From positions 1,761 through 65,760 of the forward strand of contig JAJTXY010000011.1 in NCBI GenBank assembly GCA_021463865.1: a stretch of 64,000 bases of DNA, in the 5' to 3' direction. The DNA is from Anaerolineae bacterium. Lineage in GTDB: Bacteria; Chloroflexota; Anaerolineae; Aggregatilineales; J027. Position numbers and translations under genes: made by a program. Below the pieces are notes generated by a model, which made no database searches, was not told the origin of the DNA, and saw nothing but the letters and a program-made list of their open reading frames with translations. Numbering within the stretch: the first letter of the stretch is position 1; the number at the start of each line of letters is the position of its first letter. Shown here in pieces: positions 38,484-48,365 of the stretch.

Positions 38484-38798
38484 ATGGAAACTTGGATTTA
38501 TGGATACATTGGAATTTCATACAGGTTAAGAGCCTTTCTGGTTGGCCTAGCAGCCCTTAACCTAACATTAGCTATGTATTTATGGTTTCTGGTCGAAAAT
38601 GATGAGAGTTCAATAGTCGGGGTTCTATGTCTGCTATTAATTTCCCTTGCCCTCGTGAGCTTAATGGCGTTAATCGGTACTTGGTGGAGAGAATATAGAA
38701 GCACACCCCATTTTATTGCCTATATCGAAAGGGCCTTTGACACAAAGGTGGTCAAAAAAGGTTGGTTCAATTCGGCGGCAAAAAGGCTTGTACATTAA
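38484..38798 (+). CDS. hypothetical membrane protein (AT-rich island)
   Basis: METWIYGYIGISYRLRAFLVGLAALNL... has two hydrophobic segments. Confidence 0.35.
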   Translation: METWIYGYIGISYRLRAFLVGLAALNLTLAMYLWFLVENDESSIVGVLCLLLISLALVSLMALIGTWWREYRSTPHFIAYIERAFDTKVVKKGWFNSAAKRLVH

Positions 38799-39558
38799 AC
38801 GTGGCTTCAACTTGGGTGGGCAGCATCGGGTCAAGGTGATTAGCGGCGATATACGCCTCCACCGCAGCTATACCCGCCTCCATTTGCGCGTCGGTCATGC
38901 GCCATGTCTGTGACCATTTGCGCTCTCGTAGATGCTGCACATAGGTAGCGGGTGAACGCAGGGTCGCATATGAATGGCGCAGTTCTGACCCAACGCTTCG
39001 CCACCCCGCCTCCGACAAAAAAGTTTGACGTTTCTCCCATGAAATCGGGCGAGTCGTCTCCTCAAAATGGCTGGTCGCTTCACGCCACGTCCTTTCCAGC
39101 ATATTTTCCGTCCCACGATCATTCCAGCCGTGCAGCAGCATCCCTCCCGGACGCAATATCCGCCTGATCTCATCAAGAACATCCATATAATTGGGAATCA
39201 GATGGAACACATGCACGGCGATAACCGCATCCACTGAATGGTTTGCAAAAGGCAAATGCGCGGCATTCCCTTCAATCAGGACAATCCGTTCACCGCCGTC
39301 TTTTTGGCGGAGGCGCTGCATCATTGCCAGCGATATATCAAGGCCAAGATAAGTACCCACACGCGGCGCAAGCGGGAGTGCAATTCGCCCCGTGCCCACT
39401 CCTATTTCCAATATGCGGCTGCGGGGGGTTAATTGACCTGCCTCGACAAATAAAGCAACCGCCTCATGCTCGACCCCCGGCGGAAATCCACGAGTCTCAT
39501 CATAATAATCGGCGGCACGATCAAAAGATACATATTGCAAAGTCGTCTGCATTGTCAC
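38767..39558 (-). CDS. class I SAM-dependent methyltransferase
   Basis: ILEIGVGTGRIALPLA (motif I), plus DAVIAVHVFH. Confidence 0.8.
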   Translation of the reverse strand: MTMQTTLQYVSFDRAADYYDETRGFPPGVEHEAVALFVEAGQLTPRSRILEIGVGTGRIALPLAPRVGTYLGLDISLAMMQRLRQKDGGERIVLIEGNAAHLPFANHSVDAVIAVHVFHLIPNYMDVLDEIRRILRPGGMLLHGWNDRGTENMLERTWREATSHFEETTRPISWEKRQTFLSEAGWRSVGSELRHSYATLRSPATYVQHLRERKWSQTWRMTDAQMEAGIAAVEAYIAANHLDPMLPTQVEATFNVQAFLPPN

Positions 39559-39573
39559 TCTGCTCCAATAAAC

Positions 39574-41148
39574 TCACCAAAAACCGGGCAAAGGTGGAAC
39601 ATCCACATGATAAGCGGCGGCTTGCACATAACTTACTACAGCCACAGCCGCACCTCCTAAAGTGCCGATGGCTGCCAATACAAATAGGATACCGAGTACC
39701 AATACAATTAATCGTACCATCTCCACGTCCGCTTGGCTAATAGTGGCTTCGCTGGCCGTGCTCTCGAAAAAGGTGATTTCGGGATAGGCTTTTTCTAATT
39801 CGGCCTCATATTGATTGCCAATGACATAAGCAGCTACCACCAGCATCAAAAACATCAGCAGTGACACCACCGCCAAGATTATCCCGATGACCCCCCAGCG
39901 CCGCGCCGAACGCCACCGCCGGATACGTATATGGGCCGCACCTGAACCATCTTCAAAAACATACCCATCGGGTTCAAGGAAAATCGTCACCTTGTCTTTG
40001 CGGAAACCGGAAAATAGCAAAATCAGAAAGTACCACAGCGCCCCGATGACACTGGTTACGGCCACCACCCACCAGATAAGCCCCAACGACTTGCCATAGG
40101 CCAACATGATTTTGCCGGGGCCTTCACCCTTCAGCTTATAGCCACCATTCAGATACGTCTGGGTGCGCTGACGTAGCCAATAATCTGACGGGCCAGCGGG
40201 CTGTGGAGCGCCCCATCCTTGCTGCATAGGCATCGAGCGCGGCGGCGCAGCTTGTGCATAAGCCATTGATGGCGCGGCTGCCATCGTAACAGCCGATACA
40301 GGGGGCGGCGTATAGGGCGCACGCGGAATCTGCATTGGTTGGGGAACAGGTGGTGCATACTGCGGCATATAGGCATTCGGCACTGTCTGCCGATCCATCG
40401 GATGCGAAGCCGTTTCAGCAGGAATCGTGACCATTGGTGACCCGCGTGCAGGTGTAGTGGCTGGCGAAGGTGGCTGTTGAAAAGCCTCTGTCCGCGCTTC
40501 CGAGAAACCGCTAGGTGGGCTATCATCTATAATGGTTTTCATACCACTGGGGCTTGGCGCAACTGGCGGTTGAAACTCGTTGGGAGTTGAATCTACAATC
40601 CCAACCGGCTCGCTGTCGTCTTCCCTAACTTCTTCGCTGATTTCCTCAATCGCTTTTGGGTAAGCCTCTTCGCGGGATTGGAGGCCTTCATTTGGTACAG
40701 GACGAGCTTCATCTTCCATACCAACAATCGTCTGTGCCTGATAGATCGAAGGCAGTGGCTCATCCGTCTTAAATTCGATGGGCTGTTCATTCAACACACG
40801 CTCAAGTTCATCGGCGGCCTGATACGCTGGTTGTGAATCAATCACCGTCGCCATTGGTTCATAAGCCGATTCCGTACTCGGCGTAGGCAGCAAGACGGGT
40901 TCGGCTGGCGATTCTTCAACCAACGTCCGAGCCTGAAAATCCTCCTCCGCGCCTATGATCGTTTTGACATCGGCAATATCGCTCAATAGTCCATCGCAGC
41001 GAGGGCATCGCTGGGTATCACCACTTACAGCCGCACCGCAGTGTGGACAGATACGAAGTTCTGATGGCAACTTGGCCTCCTCAGAAAATTTAAGATACTC
41101 AGAACCCCATTGTACGACGAGAAAAATGAATTGGGTGTCGCCAGCCAA
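39574..41148 (-). CDS. zinc-ribbon (CPHC...CPRC) protein with Pro-rich linker and C-terminal multi-TM domain
   Basis: ICPHCGAAVSGDTQRCPRCDG, a long Pro/Ala-rich region and four hydrophobic helices at the C-terminus. Confidence 0.6.
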   Translation of the reverse strand: MAGDTQFIFLVVQWGSEYLKFSEEAKLPSELRICPHCGAAVSGDTQRCPRCDGLLSDIADVKTIIGAEEDFQARTLVEESPAEPVLLPTPSTESAYEPMATVIDSQPAYQAADELERVLNEQPIEFKTDEPLPSIYQAQTIVGMEDEARPVPNEGLQSREEAYPKAIEEISEEVREDDSEPVGIVDSTPNEFQPPVAPSPSGMKTIIDDSPPSGFSEARTEAFQQPPSPATTPARGSPMVTIPAETASHPMDRQTVPNAYMPQYAPPVPQPMQIPRAPYTPPPVSAVTMAAAPSMAYAQAAPPRSMPMQQGWGAPQPAGPSDYWLRQRTQTYLNGGYKLKGEGPGKIMLAYGKSLGLIWWVVAVTSVIGALWYFLILLFSGFRKDKVTIFLEPDGYVFEDGSGAAHIRIRRWRSARRWGVIGIILAVVSLLMFLMLVVAAYVIGNQYEAELEKAYPEITFFESTASEATISQADVEMVRLIVLVLGILFVLAAIGTLGGAAVAVVSYVQAAAYHVDVPPLPGFW

Positions 41149-41166
41149 AAGGCGTAGGTGACAAAG

Positions 41167-42120
41167 CTACCACTCGAACGGGAACGGTTCGGAATCAGTC
41201 GTGTCATTCTCAGACGGAGCAGGCACATCTGCCAGAGGCGTAGGCGCTGGGCCATTCGGTTCAGGTTTGGGTGTCTCATCAGCCACAGCGAGTATTGGCT
41301 GCGTATCGGGATTAGGGCTTGGTGGTGAAGAAGGAGGCCGAAGCAGGGTTGGGGCCTCAGCGCGTTTGGCAAGCTGCTTTTCATAGAACCAAAATGCTTC
41401 AAGCCAGTCCACCAATTTGGCAACTATATCCGGCGTCAAGCGAACGGCGGCCTCGAAGCGTTTGGGTGAAAACGCATAGATCCGTGCGAAGTTTTCACGC
41501 ACGACAAAAATGAGATAATCCTCTTCCCAGCGTTGTTTTGTCCACAAAAAGGCGATTCCACTACTCCGCCGCATTAATTCCAGCCAACGCTGCCGTTCGC
41601 CTGTCTCAATCGCACCAACCATAAAACGCATCGAAACCATGCTGCCCAATGTAAAGGTAATTTCGAGCGCCTGCGTCTCCAAAAACATATCTACTGTGAC
41701 CATCGCCGAATCATCTTGACTGGTCAAAATGGCAACGGCTTTACGTTTAATATCTGGCCCCGGTTTGGAGGGTCGAAAACTGCCCTGTGAGAGCAAAGGG
41801 GCATGGGCATAGCGTTTGGCAAGCTCCGTATCCAGATCAATTTCACCCGTGAAAAACTCCATCAATTCGACGGGGGCTTTGGTACGGATATTGAGTTGGT
41901 GTCCTGTGTCTTTTAGTTCTTTGACAACCCGCTGACGATCATCATTGGTAATGCGTTGTGTCAATTCGCGGGCGGCTTTAATCAACTGCTCAACGGGTAT
42001 GGATTCCTCTTCAGTGACAGGAACCATTTTGGCAGTTGTTTCCATCGGCAGCGGAACTTCAACGGGTGTATCAAACACTGCCGGACGAGGAGGTTTTGCG
42101 TTGTCGGGCTGCTCAGACAT
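41167..42120 (-). CDS. hypothetical protein with Pro-rich C-terminus
   Basis: ORF with start chosen at MSEQPDNAKPP, which leaves a divergent intergenic region. Confidence 0.5.
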   Translation of the reverse strand: MSEQPDNAKPPRPAVFDTPVEVPLPMETTAKMVPVTEEESIPVEQLIKAARELTQRITNDDRQRVVKELKDTGHQLNIRTKAPVELMEFFTGEIDLDTELAKRYAHAPLLSQGSFRPSKPGPDIKRKAVAILTSQDDSAMVTVDMFLETQALEITFTLGSMVSMRFMVGAIETGERQRWLELMRRSSGIAFLWTKQRWEEDYLIFVVRENFARIYAFSPKRFEAAVRLTPDIVAKLVDWLEAFWFYEKQLAKRAEAPTLLRPPSSPPSPNPDTQPILAVADETPKPEPNGPAPTPLADVPAPSENDTTDSEPFPFEW

Positions 42121-42255
42121 GCCCGGCCTTTCTTTTACATAATAGATGGTACGTTTAAGATGATTATACGACGGGCGACCCAATTCGCCAAAAGTTAACT
42201 GCTTGAGATTGATAGAAATTCGTTGTACGATGTGGCTAACCAATAAGGAGCGGCT

Positions 42256-42864
42256 ATGGGTCTCGAAATTGAGTGCAAATTGTATTTCCCGTCCCTAGAA
42301 ACAATTCAAGCGCATCTCTTCCAAGCAGGCGCACAGCTGACGAATCCCCGCACCTACGAACATAACATCCGCTATGAGGGGCCTAATGGGGATTTTACAT
42401 CACACGGGATTGTTTTACGTCTGCGGCGCGATCAAGACATCCGGCTAACCTATAAAGCCCCTGCTCCCCAAGTTGCAGGAGGAATGGTCACACGTTTGGA
42501 ATTAGAAACCACTGTTGGTGATTTTGAGACAATGGATACCATCTTGAAGCATCTGGGCTATCGGCACAGCATGGTTTATGAAAAATATCGCACGACCTAT
42601 CATCTGCCCGATATACCCGATGTAGAATTAGTGATGGATGAGATGCCCTATGGTAATTTTTTAGAAGTTGAAGGTACACCTGAAGGCATCGAAGTGGCCC
42701 TTGCCAAACTAAATTTGACCGATGCGCCGCGCATTGAGATGGGATATGTAGACTTATTTGAACTACTCCGCGGGTACTATCAATTTGCCTTCCGTGACCT
42801 GACCTTCCAAAATTTCACCGGATTAAATATTGACCCGCAGATATTTGTGCCACCCCACAAATAA
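42256..42864 (+). CDS. CYTH-domain protein (class IV adenylate cyclase / triphosphatase family)
   Basis: N-terminal EIECK (the ExExK signature) plus a pattern consistent with the CYTH family. Confidence 0.8.
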   Translation: MGLEIECKLYFPSLETIQAHLFQAGAQLTNPRTYEHNIRYEGPNGDFTSHGIVLRLRRDQDIRLTYKAPAPQVAGGMVTRLELETTVGDFETMDTILKHLGYRHSMVYEKYRTTYHLPDIPDVELVMDEMPYGNFLEVEGTPEGIEVALAKLNLTDAPRIEMGYVDLFELLRGYYQFAFRDLTFQNFTGLNIDPQIFVPPHK

Positions 42865-42998
42865 TCATGACATTCTGCCCTGTTTTTAATTTGCCACACT
42901 TTGATTGTAATGCTACACTACCCTTGACTGGCCCAAAATGAGAATGACACCGTACTTATCCTGTTTAAAATAATCACAGGGTCGGGAGGTTTTACTAG

Positions 42999-44240
42999 AT
43001 GCGAAGGCAAGTATTGATTGGCGTTGCAGGCATATTCCTTGCGACGTTTATAATCGCCGGATGCCGCTATCGGTCTGCTGGTGAAGATAGACAGCCGACC
43101 CCGCCCGGTGAAATAGCGTTAGTGGATTTGCAGACACCACAAACTCCAGATTTTGCTGCGACAGAAACGAGCGCGGTCTTAACCCTTCAGGCGCAAACGC
43201 CCTCTAGCACCCCAACCGCGTCTGAATCACCAACGGTTTGGACAAGTATAGGCGTCGAAACAACCGCGCTACCAACATTCACGGGGACAGCTACCTTTAG
43301 TCAGCCCGTGCAGTTCCCAACAGCAACGCCGACTACACCCGTAGTAGCTGCGATTCTGCCCTCTGCCACACCAACTTCACTGCCGTCCGCTACTAGCACC
43401 GTAACCAGCACTGCAACATCAACCGCTACATCCACTTCTACTTCAACGAGCATTGTACCGACGGCGACCTCTACACCCAGCGCGACACCAACCAACACCC
43501 TGCCGCCGTTCCCATCAAATACGCCTACTTCACAAATCACTTCGACCTTTACGCCGTTCCCAACGCTTACGCTCACGATTGCCCCGACCGTGATAGGGCA
43601 AGGGGGCGGATCGGAATTGCAGGCGACCCTCCTGCCCCAGCAAATGACCGCGACGGCCATCATCTTTAACGCCACAGCCACTGCCGCCGCCGCACAGGGC
43701 ACTCAATTAGCCATAACACCACAAGTGCCTATTGGTACAACCCCCGACGCAGGTGGAGTGACGGGTCAGACCACACCCTCTTCCCAATTCCCCGACTGCG
43801 ACTATCTCATCCAGCCCGGTGATAAATTGGGGGTGATCGCCCGTACCTATAATGTGGCGATTGCAACGCTGGCCTCGTATAACAACATCACCAATTGGGA
43901 CTATATTAAAGCGGGCGACACGATCAAGATTCCCGGCTGCGGACGCAATGCGACACCTACCCCAACAGGTACACCTGCCCCATCGGGTGGTGTGACGGGT
44001 GGCACTACGCCGGATAACTCGCTTGGCCCAGTGCAGTATGTCGTCGTTGGCGGCGACAATATCTATAAGTTGTCCGTCCGCTTCTGCGTTACCATGCGGG
44101 ATATTGTGGTTGCCAATCCGCGCATTACCAATATCAACATTATCATCGCTGGCGATACGCTAACCATTCCGGCGCGGACGCTGCCCTGCGGCACAGCCAC
44201 CGCCACCCCAACCCTACAAGTACAAGGCGCGACAGGCTAA
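42999..44240 (+). CDS. secreted protein with long Thr/Ser/Pro-rich region and two LysM domains
   Basis: YLIQPGDKLGVIARTYNV...IKAGDTIKIP and YVVVGGDNIYKLSVRF...IIAGDTLTIP. The linker reads TSTATSTATSTSTSTS. Confidence 0.8.
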   Translation: MRRQVLIGVAGIFLATFIIAGCRYRSAGEDRQPTPPGEIALVDLQTPQTPDFAATETSAVLTLQAQTPSSTPTASESPTVWTSIGVETTALPTFTGTATFSQPVQFPTATPTTPVVAAILPSATPTSLPSATSTVTSTATSTATSTSTSTSIVPTATSTPSATPTNTLPPFPSNTPTSQITSTFTPFPTLTLTIAPTVIGQGGGSELQATLLPQQMTATAIIFNATATAAAAQGTQLAITPQVPIGTTPDAGGVTGQTTPSSQFPDCDYLIQPGDKLGVIARTYNVAIATLASYNNITNWDYIKAGDTIKIPGCGRNATPTPTGTPAPSGGVTGGTTPDNSLGPVQYVVVGGDNIYKLSVRFCVTMRDIVVANPRITNINIIIAGDTLTIPARTLPCGTATATPTLQVQGATG

Positions 44241-44269
44241 TTTAGGGCGTAATTCATTTGAAACGCTTA

Positions 44270-44303
44270 AAGACCCGCACCCATCCATGTGTGGGTCTTT
44301 TAT
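44270..44303 (+). terminator. intrinsic terminator
   Basis: AAGACCCGCAC-ccatccat-GTGTGGGTCTT-TTAT. Confidence 0.6.
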
Positions 44304-44323
44304 CATTTAAAAGGGCTAAACGA

Positions 44324-44881
44324 ATGACTCAACCACCAAATGACGATGCGTTAATTGAAGTCGAAATCGGCGCAGAAGATATTTATAAGGGGCGTCTGAT
44401 CCATTTGCAGCGCAAACAGGTACGTCTGCCTAATGGCGAAACAGCCCAACGGGAAATTATTCTGCACCCCGGCGCGGTGGCAATGGTGCCGCGTACCTCC
44501 GATGGGCAAATTTTGCTGGTGCGCCAATATCGTAAAGCCGCCGAACGCATTCTATTGGAAGTGCCTGCCGGAACCTTGACTCCCGGTGAGGATATTTGGA
44601 AAGCCGCCGAACGTGAACTGCGTGAAGAAATTGGCTATCGGCCCGGTAAACTAACCAAACTTGGGGGGATTTTTGTTGCCCCCGGCTATTCCACCGAATA
44701 TATCCATCTCTTTCTGGCCGAAGAATTGGTGCATGATCCGCTAACACTTGACCACGATGAATTTATTGAGCCTGTTGCCGTCACAATGGAACAAGCCCTT
44801 GAGAAAATCCGCAATGGTGAGATTGAAGACGCTAAAAGCATTAGCAGCTTGTTGTTGACCCAGCAATTTATGGTCAAATAG
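44324..44881 (+). CDS. NUDIX hydrolase (ADP-ribose pyrophosphatase-like)
   Basis: Nudix box GTLTPGEDIWKAAERELREEIGY. Start chosen at MTQPPNDD. Confidence 0.8.
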   Translation: MTQPPNDDALIEVEIGAEDIYKGRLIHLQRKQVRLPNGETAQREIILHPGAVAMVPRTSDGQILLVRQYRKAAERILLEVPAGTLTPGEDIWKAAERELREEIGYRPGKLTKLGGIFVAPGYSTEYIHLFLAEELVHDPLTLDHDEFIEPVAVTMEQALEKIRNGEIEDAKSISSLLLTQQFMVK

Positions 44882-45117
44882 GGCGGCAATCTACGCCACC
44901 TATCATGCAAATCTGTGCCGATTGTCACAATCATACAAACCGGATTTAGGCCCTTTGTGCAAATAGCCAATATAGCCTCCCTCGGTTTCGAGTTAAATTG
45001 TTTTTAAGCGATCACCTGAAGGGCAAAAAAAGACGACACCCTAAAGGAACTCCATCCGCTCAAATAAATTTTTTTGCGGTCATAGGGCACTCGGCTCCGA
45101 AACTGCACATGGGGATA

Positions 45118-45169
45118 CGCATATCCGGTGGCTATAGCATGGGGGCTGGCTACCGGATATGTGTTTTTG
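45118..45169 (+). terminator. strong terminator-like hairpin in a long intergenic region
   Basis: CGCATATCCGGTGGC-N16-GCTACCGGATATGTG forms a stem of about 15 bp, followed by TTTTT. Confidence 0.55.
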
Positions 45170-45194
45170 TGTCGCCATTCCGCGTCATTTATTT

Positions 45195-45223
45195 TTGCAT
45201 CTGCACCCCACTCCCACTATACT
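45195..45223 (+). promoter_or_regulatory. probable promoter for the 45266 gene
   Basis: TTGCAT, a 17-nt spacer and TATACT. Confidence 0.45.
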
Positions 45224-45265
45224 GACCTCCACTCAACCGCTTCTTACCCATCGGGAGGAATTGAG

Positions 45266-46591
45266 ATGTTGGGATCAGCCGTACTAGATACCGCCATCGG
45301 CCTGATTTTCATATTTTTCGTTTTTGGAACCATGTGTTCCGGTGGATTTTCCATGATCTCACGCGCCCTTGAGATGCGAGGCAAATTGCTTCAACAAGGG
45401 CTGTTGTACCTGCTCGACGCCGACGTGCAGCAGCAGATAATGGATCATCCCCTTATCAAAAGCACCCGTCTAAAACAAGGCAGCATTGCTGCTGAAAATA
45501 AACTGATGCAGTATATACGCCGCCTCCCCATCATTAAAAATCTATTTCCAGCCCGCAGTTTATTGACCTATAACCCTAACCCAGATTACATCGCCCCATC
45601 CACCTTCTCACGGGCCTTATTAGATTTGATAATCGCTACGGGCGAAGACATCCAAAAGCAGAATCCGAATGCGCGATATTCGATTGATGACCTTGCGGCT
45701 CTTTTTGCCAATAATGTCGGTGAGACCCTCCAAGAAAAGAAAGTCAAAGAGCAGGCCATCAACTATGTGCGTTACAAACTCGGCACCTTGATTGACCAAA
45801 ACGAGGGTACGGTCATTGAAGGGGTGGACAAGCTGATTATCGAAATTGGCATCAAAGACCCCAAGGTTTGCGACGAAATCCGTTTCCAAGTTCGCAATGC
45901 CTTCACCTATCGTGCGGAAGTGCTTGACCTCATTACGCTTGGCCTAACTGAAATTAAGCTCCCCGATCAGACCAAAGAATTTTTCCAGCGGCAGATCGAA
46001 CTTATTATTCGCCAACAAGGGCTGGATGAAAAAATCGAGACGACCAAAGAGAAATTTGAGCAGGTTGTGACAGGGGTAGAAAACTGGTACAACCGCGCGA
46101 TGGACAGTCTCACCACGATTTTTAAACGGACAAGCCAAGCATGGATTTTTGCAATTGCCCTCGTTTTGGCGGTGGTTTTTAATGTCAACACCATCAACAT
46201 CGCCCAATCGCTTTGGACGAATACTACCTTGCGCGATTCGGTTGTGGCAGCAGCAGATCAGCGCGTTTTGGAAGAACAATCTAGGGCACAAGGAAACGAA
46301 GAAACCAACCCGGTGACTATCTTCCGCGAAGACTTAGCCTCGCTGCGCATTCCCGTCGGCTGGACAGCAGGAGAATTAGAATCAATTGGACTGCCGACTG
46401 CATTGGCCCAATCAGGCGATACTCAGCGTTCCGAGCTAACGCTCTTTAAAGCGGTTATTGGCTGGGGGTTGACCGTGATCGCGGGGGTCATGGGAGCGCC
46501 CTTCTGGTTCGATATGCTCAATCGGTTGCTTAATTTACGCGGTGGTGGAAGAGCAACAGCCAAAGCCGATGAAGATGACGCGAAGAGTTAA
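45266..46591 (+). CDS. conserved-looking hypothetical membrane protein
   Basis: RBS GGGAGG, with start MLGSAVLDTAIGLIFIFFVF. There is an N-terminal TM segment and two C-terminal TM segments (APFWFDMLNRLLNLRG). Confidence 0.6.
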   Translation: MLGSAVLDTAIGLIFIFFVFGTMCSGGFSMISRALEMRGKLLQQGLLYLLDADVQQQIMDHPLIKSTRLKQGSIAAENKLMQYIRRLPIIKNLFPARSLLTYNPNPDYIAPSTFSRALLDLIIATGEDIQKQNPNARYSIDDLAALFANNVGETLQEKKVKEQAINYVRYKLGTLIDQNEGTVIEGVDKLIIEIGIKDPKVCDEIRFQVRNAFTYRAEVLDLITLGLTEIKLPDQTKEFFQRQIELIIRQQGLDEKIETTKEKFEQVVTGVENWYNRAMDSLTTIFKRTSQAWIFAIALVLAVVFNVNTINIAQSLWTNTTLRDSVVAAADQRVLEEQSRAQGNEETNPVTIFREDLASLRIPVGWTAGELESIGLPTALAQSGDTQRSELTLFKAVIGWGLTVIAGVMGAPFWFDMLNRLLNLRGGGRATAKADEDDAKS

Positions 46592-46596
46592 ATTTT

Positions 46597-46630
46597 GAGG
46601 CGGGATATTCCATCATCAGTACCCCGCCTC
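46597..46630. terminator. hairpin between convergent genes
   Basis: GAGGCGGG-N18-CCCGCCTC. The T tract is weak. Confidence 0.4.
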
Positions 46631-46642
46631 TTGATATTTCTT

Positions 46643-47458
46643 CTAGGGCTGGCGGGAAGGTGGCTTCAGTTCATACCCTGCTACAATCAAGTCTGTCTTG
46701 GCAACATTAGCAAGGCTGTCTCCGGCAAAAACTTGGACGATACCGCCCAGTTCAAGGGCCGCACCGGGCTGCCAATAGCCATGTTCATCGAGGCCGATGG
46801 GGGAAACCTGAACTAATGAAATGAGATCTCCCTCCGCATCAGACAATACAAATGTGGCAACGGGTTGAACCAATGCAATCCCGCTGTTATTGATGGCAGT
46901 ACCACGCACTTCGCCCGTATCCGGCAGCAGTTCAGCCGTGACAGTGGCATCAAAATAAGGTTCGTATCCATCAAATGTTAATTCGCCGGAGCGCACAATC
47001 AGCGTCGCAAGGCCATCATAATCTACGGGTACGGGATAAATCCCCATCACGGGCACCAATTTGTCCGGCGGGATATTGACATAAGAACTCACCACCGAAG
47101 CATCCGTCAATCGCAAGTTCTCGTCGTCTAAAAACGTGATAATGGCCGAAACATTTTCAATGGTCTCGCCTGTATCATTCCGCACCAAATACATTGGATA
47201 AAGGTAGCCATCTTTTTCAACAACCGTATAGGACACAAGGGTTAGATCTTCTACCGCACGAATAATCCGTGTCATGGGAAAACCAGAAATTTCGGCTTCT
47301 CCCAAGAAGACCGCCTCTGTCCCATTGGCAGCAGGCGTCTGCGGCGACCCATCATTATCACCGCCGTTATCGTCTTTATCATCACCCCCACCACATGCCG
47401 TCAGCAGCATCGCCACCAGCACAAGGAGCGTCCCATAGCCTAGAAGCCGTTTCAACAT
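46643..47458 (-). CDS. putative lipoprotein
   Basis: MLKRLLGYGTLLVLVAMLLTACGG is a lipobox LTAC. Confidence 0.6.
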   Translation of the reverse strand: MLKRLLGYGTLLVLVAMLLTACGGGDDKDDNGGDNDGSPQTPAANGTEAVFLGEAEISGFPMTRIIRAVEDLTLVSYTVVEKDGYLYPMYLVRNDTGETIENVSAIITFLDDENLRLTDASVVSSYVNIPPDKLVPVMGIYPVPVDYDGLATLIVRSGELTFDGYEPYFDATVTAELLPDTGEVRGTAINNSGIALVQPVATFVLSDAEGDLISLVQVSPIGLDEHGYWQPGAALELGGIVQVFAGDSLANVAKTDLIVAGYELKPPSRQP

Positions 47459-47557
47459 GCAGTGACCTCCCCAAACCTGAAAAATGCGCGTTTTAAGTAT
47501 ACCGAAGGCCTACCCGAAAAAGTCGTAATGATTTGTTGGGGCATGACAACAATTTGC

Positions 47558-48100
47558 CTAATTGGATTCCGGTGAAATAATCGGCTTTGGATCATAAGTG
47601 CCCATGCCCTCTAGCCCACGATCCGTCTCCCACGGATAGACAATATGTGCATCTGTAATCGCCCCATAAAAATCTGGTTCGGTCTTCACAAACAATGAGC
47701 GATAGGGATTAAAGTGGAACACACAGGTATAGGCCTTTGCGCCAGCCGCCTCACACCGACTGCGAACGGCGGTGCTGGTACGTCCGCTGCCCCACACATC
47801 GTCAATCGTCAAAACCCGCAGTCCGGTCAGCAAGTCGGTATCGGGGAATTGTAGGAATTTAGGCCATGCTTTAAGGCCCTCGCCCATAATCGTATCTGTG
47901 CCAAAACTGACCGCCGCCGTCAACACCTTAGAAATATCCAGTGCCTCGGCCAGCAAGCCCCCCGGCACAATCCCCCCGCGTGTAATCATCACCATTGCGT
48001 CAAAACTTCCCACACTCCGCAGTTGTGGGATGAGAATGTCCACTAATTTATCAACATCTTCCCATGTAAGTAACTCATGGCGAATAGGGCGTTGCGACAT
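47558..48100 (-). CDS. type I phosphoribosyltransferase family protein (purine PRTase-like)
   Basis: PRPP-binding motif VLTIDDVWGSGRT. Confidence 0.7.
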   Translation of the reverse strand: MSQRPIRHELLTWEDVDKLVDILIPQLRSVGSFDAMVMITRGGIVPGGLLAEALDISKVLTAAVSFGTDTIMGEGLKAWPKFLQFPDTDLLTGLRVLTIDDVWGSGRTSTAVRSRCEAAGAKAYTCVFHFNPYRSLFVKTEPDFYGAITDAHIVYPWETDRGLEGMGTYDPKPIISPESN

Positions 48101-48365
48101 AAAGTTCGTTCCTTGAAAAAATACTACTTTCCCAGTACAAGCGGCCCATTATAAGAAAATTCGCTTAACCGTGCCACTCGACATCTCTTAACTATTGTCT
48201 TTTTGCACTTGCCTGTCAAGTACCCTCAAAAACACGTTATAATTGAAACCCGATCGCTTAAAAACTTAACATCTTTAGCTGTAGGGGCTTGATAGAAAAA
48301 GATTCCGAAAGTTTTGTCCAATCACCCCTATATTCTAATTCCAATCTTGGAGGCAAAAACGCTCG

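Noticed and set aside
43380-43470. Tandem ACC/AGC/ACT/GCA codon repeats as a microsatellite
   Set aside because: They lie in-frame inside the LysM protein linker (TSTATSTATSTSTSTS). This is low-complexity coding sequence, not an independent repeat element.
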